DNA of 64,000 nt from Macrostomum lignano. Lineage: Eukaryota. Location: contig NIVC01000811.1 in the NCBI GenBank assembly GCA_002269645.1, positions 158,501 to 222,500 of the forward strand, written 5' to 3'. Numbering within the stretch: position 1 is the first letter of the stretch; the number at the start of each line of letters is the position of its first letter. Below are positions 59,833 to 64,000 of the stretch, in pieces. The notes beneath the pieces are model-generated. The model did no database searches and was not told the origin of the DNA. It saw nothing but the letters and a program-made list of their open reading frames with translations. The translations under genes and the position numbers were made by a program.

Positions 59833-62800
59833 TCACAGCTGATTAAGCGATAATTCAATTTTCAGGGCATCTCTCAGCAGGTGGTCTCGCAGGCTGCACA
59901 GAGCGTTGGTGAGCTCGGCCTGTTGCTGCTGCTGCTGCTGCTGTTGCTGCTTCTGGTAGGCGGGGGCGCCCAGAAACGAGTCGTGCAGCTGCTGCGTAAC
60001 GCTAGCGTTGGGCTTGCAGTTGAGCTGGGCCGGAGTGGCCTGCCGGTCCCAGTCGCTCAGGTAGGCGCTGTTCGAGCGCAGCCGCTCGATGTACCTGGCG
60101 GTAGGGAGGGGCGGATTCACCAATAATGGCACTCAGATTTGATAGTGGCACTCAGGATAGTTGGGAATGCCACTCGGATTTGATACTGGCACCCAGAATA
60201 GTTGAGAATGGCACTCTGGATAGTTGAGAATGGCACTCTGGATAGTTGAGAATGGCACTCTGGATAGTTGAGAATGGCACTCTTGATAGTTGAGAATGGC
60301 ACTCTGGATAGTTGAGAATGGCACTCTGGATAGTTGAGAATGGCACTCTGGATAGTTGAGAATGGCACTCTGGATAGTTGAGAATGGCACTCTGGATAGT
60401 TGAGAATGGCACTGTTGATAGTTGAGAATGGCACTCTGGATAGTTGAGAATGGCACTCAGGATAGTTGAGAATGGCACTGTTGACATTTGGAAATGGCAC
60501 TTTGGATATTTGTGAAGTTCACTCATGAAGGCACTCTGAAATTCGATTCCAAGAATGGCAAACAAGGCAATGGACAATGGCGCCCAATCAAAGCCTCCTA
60601 AAGAACCCTACCGTTTATAGATCTCGCTGTGCAGAGCTCTGGTGGTCTTCGGCGGAGCGGCCACAAACACGGGCAGCTGAGGCGGCGGCTGCTGCTGTTG
60701 CTGCGGCTGCTGCATGGACAGCATTGGCTGCTGTTGATGAGGCGGAAAACCATTAACGCCAGCTGGGCGATGCTGTTGCTGGTACTGCATCTGCTGCTGG
60801 GCCGGGCCAGAAACTGGGTAGAATGTGACACCCTGCTGCGGCTGCTGCGGCGGGTAGGCCATCTGCTGAGGGTACACCGGCTGCTGGCCCATAAACTGCT
60901 GCTGCTGCTGCTGAGGCACCATAGGCTGCTGCTGATAGGCCGGCTGATACTGATGATGAGGCATCATGGGAGGCTGGGCTATCGGGTACTGCTGCTGCTG
61001 AGTCGGAGGCGACTGGCGACTGGGAGCGCTGGCGGCGGCGGTGGCGGCGGCGGCGGCAGCGGCGGCGGCCTTCTCCGCCTCCATCTTGGCGCGGGTGTCG
61101 GCAGCTCGGCGCTCGTAGACGTCCTTCTCCGACTGGGGCAGCTTGCGCCACTGGGGTGTCAGTGTTGATGGCAGGCGATTGATGGATGTCTGTTGCTTTA
61201 ATACATAAAGAGCCCACTACAACAAAATACCCCAACAGATCCCACAATACCCCAACAGATCCCACAATACACCAACAGATCACACAATACCCCAACAGAT
61301 CCCAAAATACTCCAACAGATCCAAAATACCCTAACAGATCCCAAAATACCCAACAGATCCCAAAATACCCCAACAGATCCCAAAATATCCCAACAGATCC
61401 CAAAATATCCCAACAGATCCAAAATACCCCAACAGATCCCAAAATACCCAACAGATCCCAAAATACCCCAACAGATCCCAAAATATCCCAACAGATCCCA
61501 AAATACCCCAATAGATCCCAAAATACTCCAACAGATCCCAAAATACCCCAACAGATTCCAAAATACCCCAAAAGATCCCAAAATACTCCAACAGATATCA
61601 AAATGCTCCAGCAGACCCCAAAATACCCCAACAGATCCCAAAGTACCTCAACAGATCCCAAAATACCCCAACAGATTCCAAAATACCCCAACAGATTCCA
61701 AAATACTCCAACAGATCCCAAAGTATCCCAATAGATCCCAGAGTACCTCAACAGGTCGAAAATACTCCAGGATCCCAAAATTCTTTAAAGATCTACTGAA
61801 AAAAATCGTACAGATACTAGAATCCCACAGAAAAACAAATTGGGATACGAAATTAAAATGAAAAAATTAAAACCAAAAAATCGTTCAAACAAGCTGGCAG
61901 AACGCTCACCATCTGTCCGACCTCGCGGCTGATGTCGCCAAACCCGGCGCCCTCGTTCTCCATCATGATGCGCTTGCGGACTTCGCTGGCGTACACGACA
62001 TAGCCGCTGGGGCATTTCTTCTTCTTCTGCAATAGGGGGTGGTGAGGGAAACATGATGTAGTGGCCCAGCAACTGAGTATCTGGGAGGCTGGCCCAGCAA
62101 CTGAGGATCTGGGAGGCTGGCACAGCAACTGAAGATCTGGGAGGCTGGCCCAGCAACTGAGGATCTGGGAGGCTGGATGGCCCAGCAACTGAGGATCTGG
62201 GAGGCTGGATGGCCCAGCAACTGAGGATCTGGGAGGCTGGCCCAGCAACTGAGGATCTGGGAGGCTGGCCCAGCAACTGAGGATCTGGGAGGCTGGCTCA
62301 ACGACTGAGGATCTGGAAGGCTGGCGGTGGCACAGAAATGAGGATCTGGGAGGCTGGATGGCCCAGCAACTGAGGATCTGGGAGGTTGGCTCAGTAACTG
62401 AGGATATGGGAGGCTGGTGGCCCAGCAACAGAGAATCAGAGGATCTGGGAGGCTGGCACAGAGAATCAGAGGATCTGGGAGGCTGGCACAGAGAATCAGA
62501 GGATCTGGGAGGCTGGCACAGAGAATCAGAGGATCTGGGAGGCTGGCACAGAGAATCAGAGGATCTGGGAGGCTGGCACAGAGAATCAGAGGATCTGGGA
62601 CGCTGGCACAGAGAATCAGAGGATCTGGGACGCTGGCACAGAGAATCAGAGGATCTGGGAGGCTGGCACAGAGAATCAAAGGACACCTAAGCAAGTGTGC
62701 GTCACTCACAGACGAGGCGCCAGTCCTGTTATTCCTGCCGCCCTGCGGAGTGCCGGGAGTGGTGGGCACCTCGTCCATGGTGGTGCTGGTGGACATGCTG

Positions 62801-63326
62801 TCGCGGGTGTTGTCGTCGTCAAAGTTCAACGATCCGGCACCATTGCCGCCGCCGCTGCTCAAGGCTGAGGAAGCTGCGGCAGCAGATGAGGCGGTCAGCT
62901 GGTCCATATCCAGGGGAGTCTGAGACGCTTCGTACAGCAGCGGCGTGACCGATTTTCTCGGCACTATTGGCTGCTTGAAAAAGTACACCTCGTCCTCGAT
63001 AGTGCCTGGCTGATTGGTGAACTTTTTCAAACCCTTTCTCAACTTCCTGATGGCTTTGTCCTCCAGGAAGTACTTGCTCTCGCAGATGTACACGTCGTCT
63101 TCGGCATACTCGTTGGCCGGCATGCGGAGTAGTCAGCGAGCGAGAGGATGCAGCAACGGCCGAGCACAGAGGAGAGCATGTGAGTAGAGTGCTCAACACT
63201 GCACAGAAAGTACTCCTTGGCGTACAAGGTCATAGTGGGCAGGTGTTCAACATCTTTGGGCGGCAGGAACCAGGGACCGCTGAAGTAGACGCAGTTCTGT
63301 ACCGTGTTGCGCCACAGCTTGTCCAC
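59833..63326 (-). CDS. PBRM1: Polybromo-1 (BAF180), 3' part: BAH2, HMG box, C-terminus. Exons 62710-63326, 61910-62026, 60612-61150, 59833-60094(stop); continues beyond the window
   Basis: BAH-type VDKLWRN..YFSGPWF..KEYFLC..CRP-EY.EDDVYICESKY; HMG SGYVVYASEVRKRIMMENEGAGFGDISREVGQMWRKL; C-terminal ALHSEIYKRYIERL and ALCSLRDHLLRDAL; phases consistent apart from one missing base near 63112. Confidence 0.93.
60125..60500. repeat. 22-bp repeat (GGATAGTTGAGAATGGCACTCT)n in a PBRM1 intron
   Basis: Direct reading. Confidence 0.9.
61215..61745. repeat. ~20-bp repeat (CCCCAACAGATCCCAAAATA)n in a PBRM1 intron
   Basis: Direct reading. Confidence 0.9.
62066..62690. repeat. 28-30-bp repeat, reverse complement family of 51283-52035, in a PBRM1 intron
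   Basis: GCCCAGCAACTGAGGATCTGGGAGGCTG. Confidence 0.9.
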
Positions 63327-63409
63327 CTGTTGATTGATGAATGAGGGATGGAGAATGGTTTGTAAAAGGGTACTGCTGGCAGTAAAATGGGAAATATATT
63401 AATAGATAA

Positions 63410-64000
63410 GGAGAGAAGGTCATAAGAGACAGAGTAGATGAGGGTAAGACGGAGAGTAGATGAGGGTGAGACGGAGGTAAGAGACAGAGAGTAAGATAAA
63501 GATGAAAAGGAGATAATAGACAGATTAGATTAGGTGAGAAGGAGATATGAGACAGAGAAGATGGGTGAGAGGGAGATGAGAGACGGAGAGTAGATAAGGG
63601 TTAGAGGGAGATATAAGAGACGGAGAGTAGATAAGGTTAGAGGGAGATAAGAACGGAGAGTAGATGAGGGTGAGACGGAGATAAGAGACGGAGAGTAGAT
63701 GAGGGTGAGAGAGAGATAAGAGACGGAGAGTAGATGAAGGTGAAAAGGGGATAAAGGACAGAGTAGATGAGGGTGAGAGCGAGATAAGAGACGGAGAGTA
63801 GATGAGGGTGAGAGGGAGAAAAGAGACGGAGAGTAGATGAGGGTGAGAGGGAGATAAGAGACGGAGAGTAGATGAGGGTGAGAGGGAGAAAAGAGACGGA
63901 GAATAGATGAGGGTGAGAGGGAGATAAAAGACGGAGAGACAGTGGATGAGGTGAGAGGGAAGATAAGAGGACGAAGTAGATGAGGGTGAGAGGGAGATAA
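63410..64000. repeat. ~32-bp purine-rich repeat in a PBRM1 intron
   Basis: GAGATAAGAGACGGAGAGTAGATGAGGGTGAGA-like. Confidence 0.85.

Overview
Eukaryotic (metazoan) genomic DNA with spliceosomal introns and very dense intronic mini/microsatellites. Composition, Ala/Gln-rich proteins and repeat load suggest a free-living flatworm such as Macrostomum (inference only). Left to right: the 3' five exons of an axonemal dynein intermediate chain (DNAI4/WDR78, +); a 5'-truncated I-group LINE inside a 30-bp satellite; a ~14 kb cluster of secreted AbfB-like/F-type-lectin genes arranged as nested inverted duplications (one 5-exon copy on -, a near-identical truncated copy on +, and decayed copies); a HUNK-like CAMK-group kinase (+) whose introns carry two interleaved pairs of inverted minisatellite arrays; a ~12 kb satellite-rich, gene-poor stretch; a Spalt/SALL zinc-finger gene (+); and the 3' part of Polybromo-1 (PBRM1, -), convergent with SALL. 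Most long ORFs in the supplied track are translations of tandem repeats. I found no CRISPR array, rRNA gene or intact tRNA. All exon models were built by eye from GT/AG sites, phase and remembered protein motifs; no search was run, and repeat boundaries are approximate (about +/-20 bp).
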